Positions 13,237-26,160 of a DNA stretch of 64,000 nt are shown here, one piece after another. The notes beneath the pieces were generated by a model. That model made no database searches. It saw nothing but the letters and a program-made list of their open reading frames with translations, and was not told where the DNA came from. Source of the DNA: Dendrobates tinctorius (taxonomy: Eukaryota); NCBI RefSeq assembly GCF_039654945.1, contig NW_027361728.1, forward strand, positions 64,294,001 through 64,358,000, read 5' to 3'. The first letter of the stretch is position 1. Every line of letters starts with the position of its first letter. The translations under genes were made by a program, and so were the position numbers.

Positions 13237-15490
13237 TAACTCTCTTGCACCACTTCAGTCATTGTAAATTTGTTTACTGTTAACGATATCTATAACATTG
13301 TATTTAACCCCCCCTTCTCATGTACAGCACCATGGAATTAATGGCGCTATATAAATAAATAATAATAATATATGATGGCTGTATATATTATATGCAGTGT
13401 ATGATGTCCTGCGGCCAGGCTCAGGAGCAGTCAGCCTATGACTCTGTATACAGCTGTCTGCAGCCACTCTGGGACTGGGAGTCGTTGTTGCAACACAGAT
13501 GGGGTGACACTGCAGCCGATGACCCCACTGATACCGTGACACGATCTGTGTCAAGCTTCAAGCTGGGCAATAAATCATCTCACCTGCCTCAGAGCGACTG
13601 CAGACACCACAACAAGGCAAGATCCAACCCTGCCAGAGATCTCCTGCTCCGGCCCCCAGCAATGCTGACCCCATCGCAGAAGCTCCTCTCAGCCCGACCA
13701 GCTCGCAGGTGACATCCACTCACATCATCTTGTGTGTGTCTGCAATGCTGGGATGGCCAGGCCGGCACTTGTACATTTCTATGGTACGTACAGTACATGC
13801 CGGGATGCCGGGAGGCATAAACCATCTGCACAAGGAACTGCACAGCCCCCCTGCTTGTGTACATGATCGCGCTGCAGAATTGAAATCAGCAGGGACAAGA
13901 GGTGGCACAGAACAGCACAGCGCTGCTCCTGGTTCCTGCTGGTTTCATTAGTGCAGCGGATTGTGTGTGCAAGGCAAACTAATGCCCGACGTGCACACTG
14001 AAGAGGGAGTACAGGTGATCGAGCGGCTCATTAGTGGGACCGACCCTTCTGGCATTTGCCAGAAATGCCAGATGGCCAATCCGGCCCTGGCACCCGAGCT
14101 AAAGAAGCCTGCTCTACACCCTAACACAGCTGAACATCAGTGTCTCACTCACAGTTCTGTAGCTTAGAAGAAAGTCTGGTAGCTGCTGCTTGGTTCTGAT
14201 GTAGTGTAGCCGAGTTTATGTTGAGCTCTTCCTTCAAGTTAACTGATCCATCTTCTTCCAGACCCGGGCAAGTCTCTTTACTACTTTCAATGTTGAGAGA
14301 TTAATGTTATCACAGTGTTGTTTTCTCTTTCAGATTATAGGTGCTCGGGGAAAACTATCCTGCTTGTGAGATGTGACTCTTTCCTTCTGACACGGTCCTG
14401 ATGATCGGTCCCGTGGTAACCAAGCACTATCTTCTCCCTTGAAGCTGTTCATTGACCAGTCTCTCATTGCTAAAGCACACTTATTGTCCTGCCTGACTCT
14501 GACTGGCATGATGCTCTCTCTTCACTTTCTGAACTGACATACTTCCTACTTCTTCTTCAAAACCAAAACACAGAAAGTTGCAGGGGAGAAAGGACTAGTC
14601 CAAGTGCACACAAATCAGAGGGGAGCATTGTCTCTTAAAGTCACAGTGTAATTCAGTTCTTAGCAAGGGCCAACCGCCTACATGACTATGACATTACATA
14701 AGCTGTATGCAGAGTCAAACTGGGGAGCCAAGGGCCCACCAGTAACCAATTCCAGGGCTCCACTTTTCAGCTACATGCAAATATGACACAATCCTCAATC
14801 ACTAATTTATATAACAATTAACTGGGTAGATTGTTAAATTAATAAGATGCTGCCTTTGTCTGTACATGGTGATTCCATTATATTGTACTAAGTACTGCTT
14901 ATATATGAGGCCCACTATTCCATAGGGGCTCAATAGAGGATTTCCCTGTTCTCTTGTCTAGTCCAATCCTGACTGTATGTCACTGGTCTATCACTGTCAA
15001 CCATAAGATAAAAGCATCAACAATGTGATACAATGTCATATAACCCAGACATGGCACATCAACTAAGGGCTTGTTCACCTCTTACATTTTTTATGCTCTT
15101 TTTTTCTATGCATTTGTCTGTGGTGAAGAAAAATAAAACTTTGACAGTAAGGATATGTGCACACATTGATTTTTTGCTGCAAATACTCAGAGTGTTGGCA
15201 GAAAATAATGCTGTGGGAAATACACTTATTTTGAACTCATTTTGCATCTCTTTTTGGATTTTTACTTGAGTTTTTTCAGATTAATTTGAATAGGTGAAAA
15301 CACTGCAAAAGACACACAAGAACCTCTACATTTTTTTAATAATGGCCTATGCTTCACTATCTAATCAAAAACATAACGGTAGTGCTACTTTCATTATTTT
15401 TTTGTATTAACTGAACTATAAAAGAATTAGAAGAAAACTGTAAAAATATTAAAAACTTTAAATAATTCAGAAAAAAGTATGCCGCACCCT

Positions 15491-15530
15491 GGACACATTG
15501 AAGCGTGGTAACGCGAAATGGCTGTCGTCC
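15491..15530 (+). ncRNA. Hammerhead-like motif with an atypical or decayed core
   Basis: Stem I ggac/gtcc; core acattga; stem II gcgt-ggta-acgc; GAAA; tggctg (decayed cggccg); GUC. Confidence 0.5.
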
Positions 15531-15932
15531 TCTCTCCTCTCTCCCCGCATCCCTCTGCACCTTACCATCTAAGATGAAAGTCATGAAATAAAGGACTTTT
15601 CATTCAAGGTTCATTCATGGTGAGTGCCGCATATTTTTTTCTGAATTATTTATATCTACATGTTGATATATGCTGAGCACCTCCAAATTGGACATTAATG
15701 CTGATAAAGGATTTATAATCTGGCTCAACTACTCCGCACAAAGGATTACATGCTTTAACACTGGTGCTGCTATTCATTCACTTCCCTCTGTGATATGGAA
15801 AACTTTATTTCAACATAAAAAAAATTATATAGTATATAACACTTTTCTCTAATGTACAGTCTAAAACATAAATATGTACAATATGTTAACCAGTTAAAGA
15901 TCAGTCCATTTACACCCATTTCTGGCTAGGTA

Positions 15933-16870
15933 TGTAAGAGGATAACAAGCAGGAATGCGGGATGCAGTGACGGAACACAGGCAACAGAGCAAGGGTTAAC
16001 AGGTTTATTTACAGGAGAAATACTCCAGGCAGGGAGGTGAAGAGTAAAGGTACAGTACAATACAACGGGTCAGATCTTAGCAAACGTATAAGGAAGTCCT
16101 AATACTGCAGCTCCTGCTGCAAACTCAATGGTGCCGGCAACCTCACAGTCTCGGTCAAGCGAGCCCAAAGTGGCTGACGGTAAAAGGGGTCACGATCCGG
16201 TACGGGCCCCATGTGGCCCAGGAGTTGTTAGCGCCAAGGTCAGGGTACAAGGGTCTGTCCTCTCCTTGGTCTCTCGTATGGGGCAAGTGTGTTATACTCA
16301 CGGACACGGAGTGTTCTGTGCCTTGCTTTCTGACAGTCACCAGACTCACTCTGTACATCCCTTTCTCTCTGGTCCCCACTGTTGGTGGCAGGCGACGACT
16401 GGCACTAGGTTGCACACTGCTGCTGCATGGCTGGCTCAGCTCTACTCGGTGTGCATGTCTCAGCTCTATGTACATGGCTCGGTTCTGCCCTTGGTATAAA
16501 GCCCTGCTCTGCTCCACTTTGCACTGCTCTGCAGCGGTCTCTCTCTCCGGCGTGCTACTGTACACGCTTGGCTCTGCAGGTGACGGGGCCCTCTCTATGC
16601 CATCTGCTACAGTGCCGGAACTCTCTGAGGGAAGGGAAGGCAGAGCGTGCCACTCACCACTCTGTGCGCTGCTCTTCCCTGGTGCCAAAACTACTCTGCT
16701 TAGCAGGCTTTCTCCTTTTCCTTTTATTTCTCTGCTGCTGCGCTCCCTTTTCTGGCTCTCCCCGCCCCTCCTGTCAGCAGGAAGCTCCATCTCACTCATG
16801 CTTCCCTCATGCAGCAGGGGAAGGTCCGCTCCACTCAGGCTTCCCCTCCGGGAACAGAGGATGCAGCCTT
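15933..16870 (-). mobile_element. Truncated LTR-like fragment
   Basis: Starts TGTAAG; AATAAA on minus at ~16003; LTR-like composition; no second terminus found. Confidence 0.45.
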
Positions 16871-17623
16871 TCTAGTTCCGTACCCGGCCTGCAGGTACCC
16901 GAGAATGAAAAAAAATGACGTGGGGTCCCCCTTATATTTTGAACGAACCCGGCAAAACTAACAGATGGGGGCTGCTATTCATGGCCCCTTATTAGCCTGA
17001 GAATAGCAGCCCCCACCTGTTAGTTTTGCAGGGTTGGTTCAAAATATAAGGGGGACCCCACGTCGTTTTTTTCATTCATTTTTCCCTGCTCGCACTGTTG
17101 CCAGCAGAGCAGGGAGAATGACAGTCGCATTCAGCACCACATGCAGGGGAACAGTGCTTACAGTAGCGCTACTCCCCAGCGGCCGTCCATGCTCACGGAG
17201 GACAGTGTACACTGTTCTCCGTGTGCTGTACGTGTGCTGTACGTGTTGCGGCCCGTGTGTCCGAGTCAAAACGGACATGTCTGCGTGTTTTGCATACGGA
17301 CACATGGTCCGTGAAAACACGCTGATTTTTGCATAGACCCATTCTTTTTTCTTTTTTTTTTATTAAATTTTCAAAATTTTACAGGAAAGGAAGGAAGGGT
17401 TAATTAAGGAAAGAAAAGTAAAAAGTAGAGAACTCTGCTCTACAGTGTTGATTCACACATAAAGAAAAATACAGGTAAAGAAAATTAACATCATTTCACT
17501 CTCATACATTAGGTATTAAGGCAGTAATACGTTTCAGTATTATCCTTCTAATGTCCCTTTATGTTAAACACTATTTAGTTACCACTAAGTCTAACGGTAA
17601 AGACATAACAATACAATACAAAG

Positions 17624-20600
17624 TCATTTTGAGTCCCACTTGGTATGGTAGGAAGCTAAGGTATTATTAATGAAGGCAAATCTTTTTTCCATAGAGCTAT
17701 GGGCTCGGACTTTATCTAAGATGTCAGAGAAGGAAGGTAGGTCAGACTTTAACCACCAGAATGCAAATGTGTTTCTGGTAGTCAAGAAGATGTGTAACAT
17801 AGCATACCTTATTGAAGGGTTAATTTCCTCGGAGTTCAAAGAAAGTAATGCTAATTGTGGTGTAACTTTAACTTTTTTATCGGATAGGATACCTATGTGA
17901 TCTGTGAACTCTTTCCAAAGGTTTTTTAATTTCAGGCAACCCCAAAAGATGTGGTATAAATTACCTGGGAGGCCGCAGTTTCTTCAGCATAGGGAAGAAT
18001 ATTTAGTACTTATGTGAGGCAATCTTATTGGGGTGTAATGCCACCTTATCAGTGTTTTATAGAAAGATTGCTGCAAAATTGTAGAAATTGTAGAGGCATT
18101 AGATAATTTGATAGCCTTTTTCCAATGTTCCACATCCAATTTAATATTAAGGTCCAATTCCCATTTCTGTATATAGGCATTTTTAACAAATTCAGTATCA
18201 TCATTAAAGAAGGAGTAGACATTCTTGAGGCTCCAAATCGTCTTGTGGTTGATATTTGTAAACGTGGAGGCAATTATTCCAAGATTTAAGGCTCTGCTGT
18301 TTAATAGTTTCTGCGGGACTTCTTTCAGGATAAGATAAGACAGGAATTGGGTAAATGGAATGTTAAATTTACTTTTAATCTCACTGACGGGTAAGACGTG
18401 TTGGCCTTCCCATATATCCCCAATTCTACTAATTCTTGACTCAATCCACATTTCTGGGATTGGACACTTATAAAACGTAAGTAGCAATTTTAGAGGAAAA
18501 TTTTTTATGCTGTTCTGTCTGTTAACGTTCTTTTTTAATTTTGTTATATCCCTCCAAGTGGTAAAAATAGAATTCAGAATTGGATGGTGATGGTCATTAA
18601 TTGTAGGTGATAATAAATGTCTGAAAAATATGTCTGAAATAGATTTATCCCCATATTGATCTAATTCTAAATCTAACCAGAGAGGAGATTCATTCTCTCG
18701 AAACCATTGATGGCTCTGTAAGATAAGTGACGCCTGGAAGTAGGCTCGGATGTTCGGGAGTGCCAGGCCTTCATTACACTTTTCTTTATAGAGAATTTTT
18801 ATAGCAACTCTGGGTTTTCCCCCTTTCCATACAAAGGAATTAATTATTTTTTGGATTCTTACTAGGAATGAGGTGTGGATGGTGAGAGGTATGTTTCTGA
18901 ATAGAAAAAGTATTTTAGGTAGTATATACGATTTTATCACTAGTATTCTTCCCATCAAGGACAGGTTACACCTATTATAGTTGGAGAGATCTTTAGAGAG
19001 TACTCCAAAGAGATGTTCTACGTTCTTAAAGGAAATAGATTTTAAGTCTTTAGGAAAAATGATTCCCAGATAATTCAGCTCTTTGTCCTCCCATTGGAAG
19101 GTTGTTTGTTTTCTAAGAGCTTCGGATTCTAGAGAACTTAGATTAAATTGTAATATTTTGGATTTTTGGGCATTTATTTTAAAGTAAGAGACCTTGGAGA
19201 AACCTTCTAGTACTGTCATAAGAGCATCAAGAGAGTTTGCAGGGTCGGTGACCGATACAAGATCATCAGCGAATAGGCTCAGTTTATGGTGATATTTCTT
19301 AGTTTTCAAGCCCACAATAGAATTGTTCTGTCTAATCTTTTCAGCTAGGGGTTCAATTGCTATGGCGAACAATAAGGGTGATAGGGGACACCCTTGCCTT
19401 GTTCCATTAGTTATGTAAAATTGTTTGGAGAGGTGGTTGTTGATGTAAGTTTTTGCATTAGGGTTGGAATATAATGCAAAAAACGATTAAATAAATTTGT
19501 TATCGAACCCAAATTTCAACATAGTAGTCTTTAGATAGTCCCAGTTCACCCTATCAAAGGCTTTCTGGGCATCTAATGAAATAAACAGAGAGGGAGACCT
19601 AAAAATTTTAGCCATATTAAATACGTTCAAGACCCTTCTCGTGCCATCCGTAACCTGTCTACCGCAGATGAAACCTACTTGGTCGTTTTTAATGAGATGA
19701 GGTAAGAAGTTCTTTAAGCGGTCTGCTAGGATCTTTGAGTATATCTTTATATCAGTGATTATTAGAGATATCGGACGATAGTTCTTAACCTCTTCTTGGT
19801 CTCCACTTTCTTTGGGGATCATTATTATGGAAGCCTCCATCATTTCCTTCGGGAATGATCTGAGTTGTGAGGCATGGTTGAATAATGACCTTAAATGAGG
19901 GGAGGTGATATTTACATATGTTTTAAAATATTCGTTGGTGAACCCATCAGGTCCTGGGGATTTATTTTGTTTAAGTTATTGCTGGTTTTTATGATTTCCT
20001 CTACTTTAAATGGCTGGTTTAGTAAATTTAAGTCTATATTTTCTATTTGGGGGAGGTTCAGGTCAGAAAAAAAAGGTCAATCTCCTTTTTGTTAGGGGTA
20101 GTGGTCGATGGGTCGTTTTTCAGATTATAGAGGTTTTGGAAGTATTCAGCAAAGATTTCCGCGATATCCGAAGGATGATACTTCGTTTCTCCTGAAGGGG
20201 ATTTGATTTTAACGATCCTCCTGTTTATCCAAGATTGCTTTATTTTGTTTGTCATATATTTAGTGGGTTTATTTATTGAAGCGTAGGTTTTAAATTTTGA
20301 TGCCCTGATGATAGAGTCGTACTCTGATAAAATCTCAGATCTCAATTCTTGTCTTAAGGGGCCTTTACACATAGCGATATCGCTAGCGATATCGCTAAAG
20401 CCACACCGATTTTGTGACGCAGCAGCAATATCGCTAGCGATATCGCTATGTGTGATACTTACCTCCGACCGGCTCCCCCGCTGTCTGTCGCTGATCGCGT
20501 GAGATCGTGCAGCTCCATTTCTCGTCGGGCGCTTCCTGCTGGTGCCGACGAGCGACGCATAGACACGGGCAGGAGGACGTCAGGATCGCCGCGTCTGAAA

Positions 20601-21769
20601 GGTAAGTAACGACCGCTGCTGCATCGCTACATCGCTGTGAGATCTGCCTGTGTGGCAGCTCACTAGCGACCATTTATCGATGCACCAGTGATCCTGACCG
20701 GGTCATATCGTGGTCGGGATCGCTGGTGCATCGCTAAATGTAAAGGGGCCTTTAGTCGCAGGATCTCTAAGTAAATCTCCTGTGATGGGACAGATAGGTT
20801 ATTTTGTTGTTTTTCTTTAGAAGCAATCTGGGTTTGGAGATTGGTAATCTTTTCTCTTTTTTCTTTTTTGTACCTTGCAGATAATTGTATGAGACACCCT
20901 CTAAGGACTGCTTTGTGGGCGTTCCATAGAGTGAAGGGGTCGGTCTCCTCCATAGAGTTCTCATTAAAGTAGTTGTTAATCGTATCTTTTATGATGTCTC
21001 TATACTTCTGATTGTTTAAAAGAGTGGGATTAACCTTCCATAAAAAGGTATTGCTCATGGGTGGGCCTGACTCAAATACTGTTAACACTGGGGCATGATC
21101 TGAGAAGGATTTCTCCAAAATCTCAATTTTTTTGAATTTTGTTAAGGAAAGGACATTGGTTAATACTAAATCTATTCTTGAAGATGTTTTGTATACATCA
21201 GAGTAAAAGGTATATTCTCTTGAAGAGGTGTTGAGACATCTAAAGATGTCAAACAACTCGTTTTGTTTGATCCAGTTACCAAGGGATCGGTTTGACATAG
21301 ATGTAGACAAGGATGACGAATCAATATTTCTCTCTGGTACCAAGTTGAAGTCCCCCACTAGTATTAAATCACCTTTTTTGACGTCATTGATTTTCCTCAT
21401 CAGCTTATTAAAAAAGTAAAGTTGGCCACTATTAGGGGCATAAATGTTTACGATTGTGCATAAATTGAAATTCAGTTTGCAAATAAGAATGTGAAACCTT
21501 CCTTGTGGATCAACAAATTCCTCAACCAACTGAAAGGGAATATTCTTATTAATGGCCGTTATTACGCCAGCACTCTTTTTGTTTTTAAGAGCCTTAAAGA
21601 TATGGGGGAAGTCTTTGTGCTGAAAGTAGGGGTGGTTATCTTTGGTTAATTTAACCTCTTGTAGGCAAGCTACATTTGACTGAGTTTGTTTTAACTCCTT
21701 CCAAGTTTTGTAACGCTTGTGTGGGCTGTTCAGGCCTTTAACGTTGTGTGAAAGAATTTTTATTTTCAT
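17624..21769 (-). pseudogene. L1 ORF2 (APE, RT, Cys-rich C-terminus), broken by a MITE, stops and frameshifts
   Basis: SHNVKGLN, CLQE, NIYAPN, GDFN, SRID, SDHAP, NYRPISL, SLDAQKAFDRV, LFADD. Confidence 0.95.
20357..20751. mobile_element. Harbinger-type MITE inserted in L1 ORF2
   Basis: TIRs aggggcctttacac / tgtaaaggggcct; TTA TSD; removing it restores the LRLRQE frame. Confidence 0.9.
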
Positions 21770-22151
21770 GTCTTCCTATTTGGAATGCCATCTACTTACC
21801 AACCTGGGGACTTAATGGAAAGGGCTAGAACCCCTCCATTTCCAACTTCTTTCCCTGTTCAAATCAAAAATAAAATTTTTGGAAAAGAAAAGATAAACAG
21901 AAATTTATCTTACAGAACAAAGAAATACAAAACTGTGAACACCAAAAGAGAAATTGACCAATAGAGTCCTCCTGGAGGAAACCCACAAAATGTGGTACCT
22001 CTCCTTTTTGGGGACTTAAAAAAGCCAAATTGTGGCTAGTTCCCATGAAGCTATAAATATATTATTTAGTAATATGACATCATTTTCTTAAGACACCTTA
22101 TAACATTTTTCAGATAGAAAGAAAAGGCAAGCATCAATGATACATCATTAT

Positions 22152-23413
22152 TTAACCTTTATCTTTGTTAGATGGGTCCTCCTGTAGGAACTCGAGACCA
22201 TCTTTTGGGGAGAAGAGTGGGACAGTTTTACCTCTATACAGGACAAGTAGTTTTGTTGGGAAGCCCCATCTATAGAAAATCCCTAGTTCCCTTAGTTTAG
22301 CTGTGGTCTCTTTAAAGGCTTTCCTTGCATCCATAGTCGACTCTGAAAAGTCAGCGAAGATTTTTAGCTGCTCATACGGAGTGGGGAGGGAATTTTTCTC
22401 TCTGATACATTTTAGGATTCTTTCTTTGGTTTCAAAGAAATGTAAATGGAGTATAGTATCTCTTGGTTTTTCTATAGAGATACCTCTTGGGCGGGGCAGG
22501 CGGTAAATCCTATCGATTGTGATTTATAAATCAGTCAGTGAGGGGAGGATTTTTTTAAACATTGTTTTCGTATAACCTGATAGATCCTCTTGTGGTACAT
22601 TTTCTGGTATCCCTCTTATCTTGAGATTGTTTCTCCTGCTTCTGTCCTCCAGATCTGTTAATTTGGCTTTTACGGACAAAAGCTCAGCTCTTAAATCAGA
22701 ATTTTGTTTTATTAGCGATTCCGTCTTATCCTCCACTTTTGATATTCTCTCTTCATGTATTTCAAATTTTTGAGAGAATTTATTACGGATTTCCTGTAAA
22801 TCATTTTTCTGAGATTCGAATCCAAGTTGGATGGACTCGCTGATGGATTTACAAAAATTTGCGAGTACTCCTTCGGTGACCTGCCTTTCTGATGTCAAAA
22901 AGTCGTTGTAATTAACATCAGAGAATGACGGGTCAGGAGCAAACGAGAGTGTATGACATCCTTAGTGAGTTGTTTAATAGGGGTGCTATTTGGGGAAGAG
23001 TCTACAGACTCACAATCAGAATCAGATGCTGCTGCACCTTCTCCCAAATTTTGGTGGTCTGGTTCTTTTCTCTTATTCGATTGAGATACATACATTTTAT
23101 TATCTTCTGCCTTATGAACTGTATGCGTTTTAACTGGGTTAGAATTGCTCCGTGTATGAGCATGACATTGGTGAGAGCCAAAAGACGGATCTCTCTGATC
23201 TGTTATCCCTTTTACAGCATTGTTATATGAAGTGTTAGGTGTACCTTTAGATGAGTTAGAAGAATTAGAAGATATCCTCTCTCCCTTAAGAGATCTTGTT
23301 TTTATGGGGCTAGTTAGATTAGCTGAATCCTCATGAAATCTTTGGCTAGTAGCGTTTTTTGTTTTGGCATTTTTGTTACCGGGTATTTTTGTTTTAAAGC
23401 TTCCTGGTTCCAT
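22152..23413 (-). pseudogene. L1 ORF1 (coiled coil, RRM, CTD), frameshifted
   Basis: DLEDRSRRNNLKIRGIPE and YRWGFPTKL across three ORF pieces. Confidence 0.92.
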
Positions 23414-24433
23414 TTTAAAGGACTGCCCTTCCTGCGGTTGCTCCTTCCCGGGGAAAGACCTGGCTAGTCATTGCTTGCGTTGAGAATCATGTGATGGTGT
23501 CTCCGCGGCTTGTGTTTTGCATGTTTTTACATATGTCCCACAAGGGATGGGGCATTGCTCTAGAATCACTGTGTTGAGAAACGATGGTGTCTCCGCAGTG
23601 TTGGATGTTGATCTCCATGCGTTCATTCATCCTCATTTTTCACCATTTTAAAGGGTAGGCCTTTAATCTTTGGTATGTATAAATCGTCAACCAAAAAAGA
23701 AGCTTTAAAGGTGTTCCCTCGAAAACAGTAACAGAGAACCCCCTTTTTAGCACCTTAATTTGTCACAGGTTAGGGTTAGTATTAGTGTGACAACTTTAGA
23801 GGCAGTAGTATTAGGCTATTATAATATCTGAAGAGTAAGAGAGCATCTACCCCTTTAACAAACTGTGAAATCTATATTCAAATGTACAATTAAACAGGTA
23901 TCCTAGTAATCAACAAGCAGTACTTAAGAATTATTGAGAATAGATATCTCAAAAATGCACTTATTCCTAGTGACCAGGTATCACAATGATATTAACTCTT
24001 ATTTTACTGGTACAGTTATAGAAGACAAGGGATAAGGTTCAACACGCTCCTTCCCCTCCAGTAATAGTCTGGATACCCCCGGTTATAAGAATATCAGCAT
24101 ATAAATGGTAGCAGGGTATTGTAATTGACTGATAGTTCTTGCATCAATATTATAACTGCAGAGGGTGATCTCCTCAGACTCAGAGACCTTTCTACTTTAC
24201 TAGCACAGTTCCAGTAAAATCATTCACTTTCCTCTCCCAGAATTATTATCATGGCTGACACCTGAAGGAGTCCACACTTAATGCTGTGTTCCACAGAGAG
24301 ATACCAGGCGGCTTCCTTTTCCTTCGTAGACCCATTCTTTTGAAGTAGTTAGCGAGTTCTTTCAGAGTTACATATTTTACATAAAGGTCAATATAGACTA
24401 AAATAAAAAAAAACAGCTAGTTTTTATTATTTA

Positions 24434-24930
24434 GGGTGGTTTCACATTAGCGCTTTTTAAGCGCACGCACGGCCGGGGTAGCTCCGCCCCCGAGCCGGCT
24501 CTCTGCCCGGCGTGCCTGCCCCTTGCTTGTAGCGCCGCCTCCTAGCTCACAGCGGCGCCTGCGATCGGCACACCCTATCTTTAGCATAGGGTGCGCAGAT
24601 CGTGCGCAGGCCGTGCGCTAGTTGCGCTTTGACCTGCGCTGCGCACTTTTGACGGTGCGCTGTGCGCGCCAAAATCAAACTTTTCGGATTTTGGCGCGCA
24701 CGGCGCACCGTCAAAAGTGTGCAGCGCAGGTCAAAGCGCAACTAGCGCACGGCCTGCGCACGATCTGCGCACCCTATGCTAAAGATAGGGTGCGCCGATC
24801 GCAGGCGCCGCTGTGCGCTAGGAGGCGGCGCTACAAGCAAGGGGCGGGCACGTCGGGCAGAGAGCCGGCTCGGGGGCGGAGCTACCCCCGGCCGTGCGTG
24901 CGCTTAAAAAGCGCTAATGTGAAACCACCC
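24434..24930. mobile_element. Foldback MITE, near-perfect 497-bp palindrome
   Basis: gggtggtttcaca...tgtgaaaccaccc with TTA on both sides; arms complementary up to a centre at ~24680. Confidence 0.93.
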
Positions 24931-26160
24931 TTAGTCCACAATCCTCTCTGTTAAATACTGTCACATTATGAAAGCAATATGACAAGGACCACATGTTCCA
25001 GAATCTGCACAATGTGAACACTGCATAAACCCTGGACTATGCAATCTCAAGACAATATAGATAGCAAGATAGCAATAAAAATATGGAGCCGATGTCTTTT
25101 AAAGAAAATAGTACGCATGCAGCAGTCACGTCTTTGTAACCACTCAACTGGCTGAAAATTATAATTTTCAGCCTGATGTTGCTTTTTTCAGTAAGTCGGA
25201 CTGGAAATGAGAAACTATAGTACAGCCAATAGAAATCCGCCATGTAGACAAAACTTTCCATGATATGGAAAAAAGCAGATTCATACATCCGCTAGCGGAG
25301 ATTCAAGTCTTTATCCCTGGAGTCCCTGTACCCACGGGCTGTTTTTCATGAATGAACCTCTCCAGGGGCAGCGATTATGAATTCACATCTGATCCTGCTA
25401 TTGAGTAACAAGTATAATATAGCATATGCATGCTTTGTAACTGCTGCTGACAGGTTTATGGGATTTCACATCATACTGCATGTAATATGGCTCTTCTGTA
25501 AAACTAGACAATGACAAAGATCTTCGGTGGTAAAATATTTAATGCTTATTTAGATAATAATTGAGGAACAAGCATGTGTAGGAATGCTCACTCCCCACTA
25601 TCGGCCATCTAAATGAACAGGCACAATGCTCATTCTTGGGGTGAAATGACTGTAAATAAAGCTTAAAAAATCATTGTTTGTGGCGGGACATAAACCTATG
25701 AGGGCATTGCCAATAAAATTACTTTCTATAGGCAAACAATGAATGAATTAACCCCTTTACCCCCGATGGTGATTGCATGTTAAAAAGAGGAGAGGAAAAA
25801 GACCAATGCATAAGAATAGCGCCCACCTTATTATAGAAAAATGTATAACAATTTTATTTAGATGACAGACCACAACAAGACCCATACATAATAAAACACC
25901 ATTAAAAACTACAATGACAATAACACATCACCCAAGGTCCCGTGCTTATGACAGATGATACACTAAACCTGGTCCTGGATAACACAAATGTGTACAAAAT
26001 ATGATACACCAAAAAAACATGAAACCATGAACATGCTCCAATAAATAGAACAGGAAATGACACACAAGGAAGTGTTGTGAGGGATGGTTGAAAAACCAGT
26101 CACAGAAAAGCATTCCATGAGATCCATCTTCATGGAGTTAAGTTCTGTGATTATTTCGCC

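Larger units (their letters stand above)
8848..13370 (+). mobile_element. L2-clade LINE (APE-RT ORF2, frameshifted), with nested insertions and an internal deletion before the 3' tail
   Basis: APE motifs LWNARSI, ALTE, IYRPPG, GDFNI, LDLIF, SDHH. RT motifs [31 protein letters not shown]. Tail ggcgctatataaataaa(taa)n at ~13320-13370. Confidence 0.92.
17349..24326 (-). mobile_element. Apparently full-length L1 (5'UTR, ORF1, ORF2, poly-A), inactivated
   Basis: 15-bp TSD tagacccattctttt at 17334-17348 and 24327-24341; poly-T at the left end; ORF1 and ORF2 remnants in the expected order. Confidence 0.93.

Noticed and set aside
16128-16918. Overlapping 120-220 aa ORFs on both strands
   Set aside because: Low-complexity LTR-like sequence with no domain motifs.
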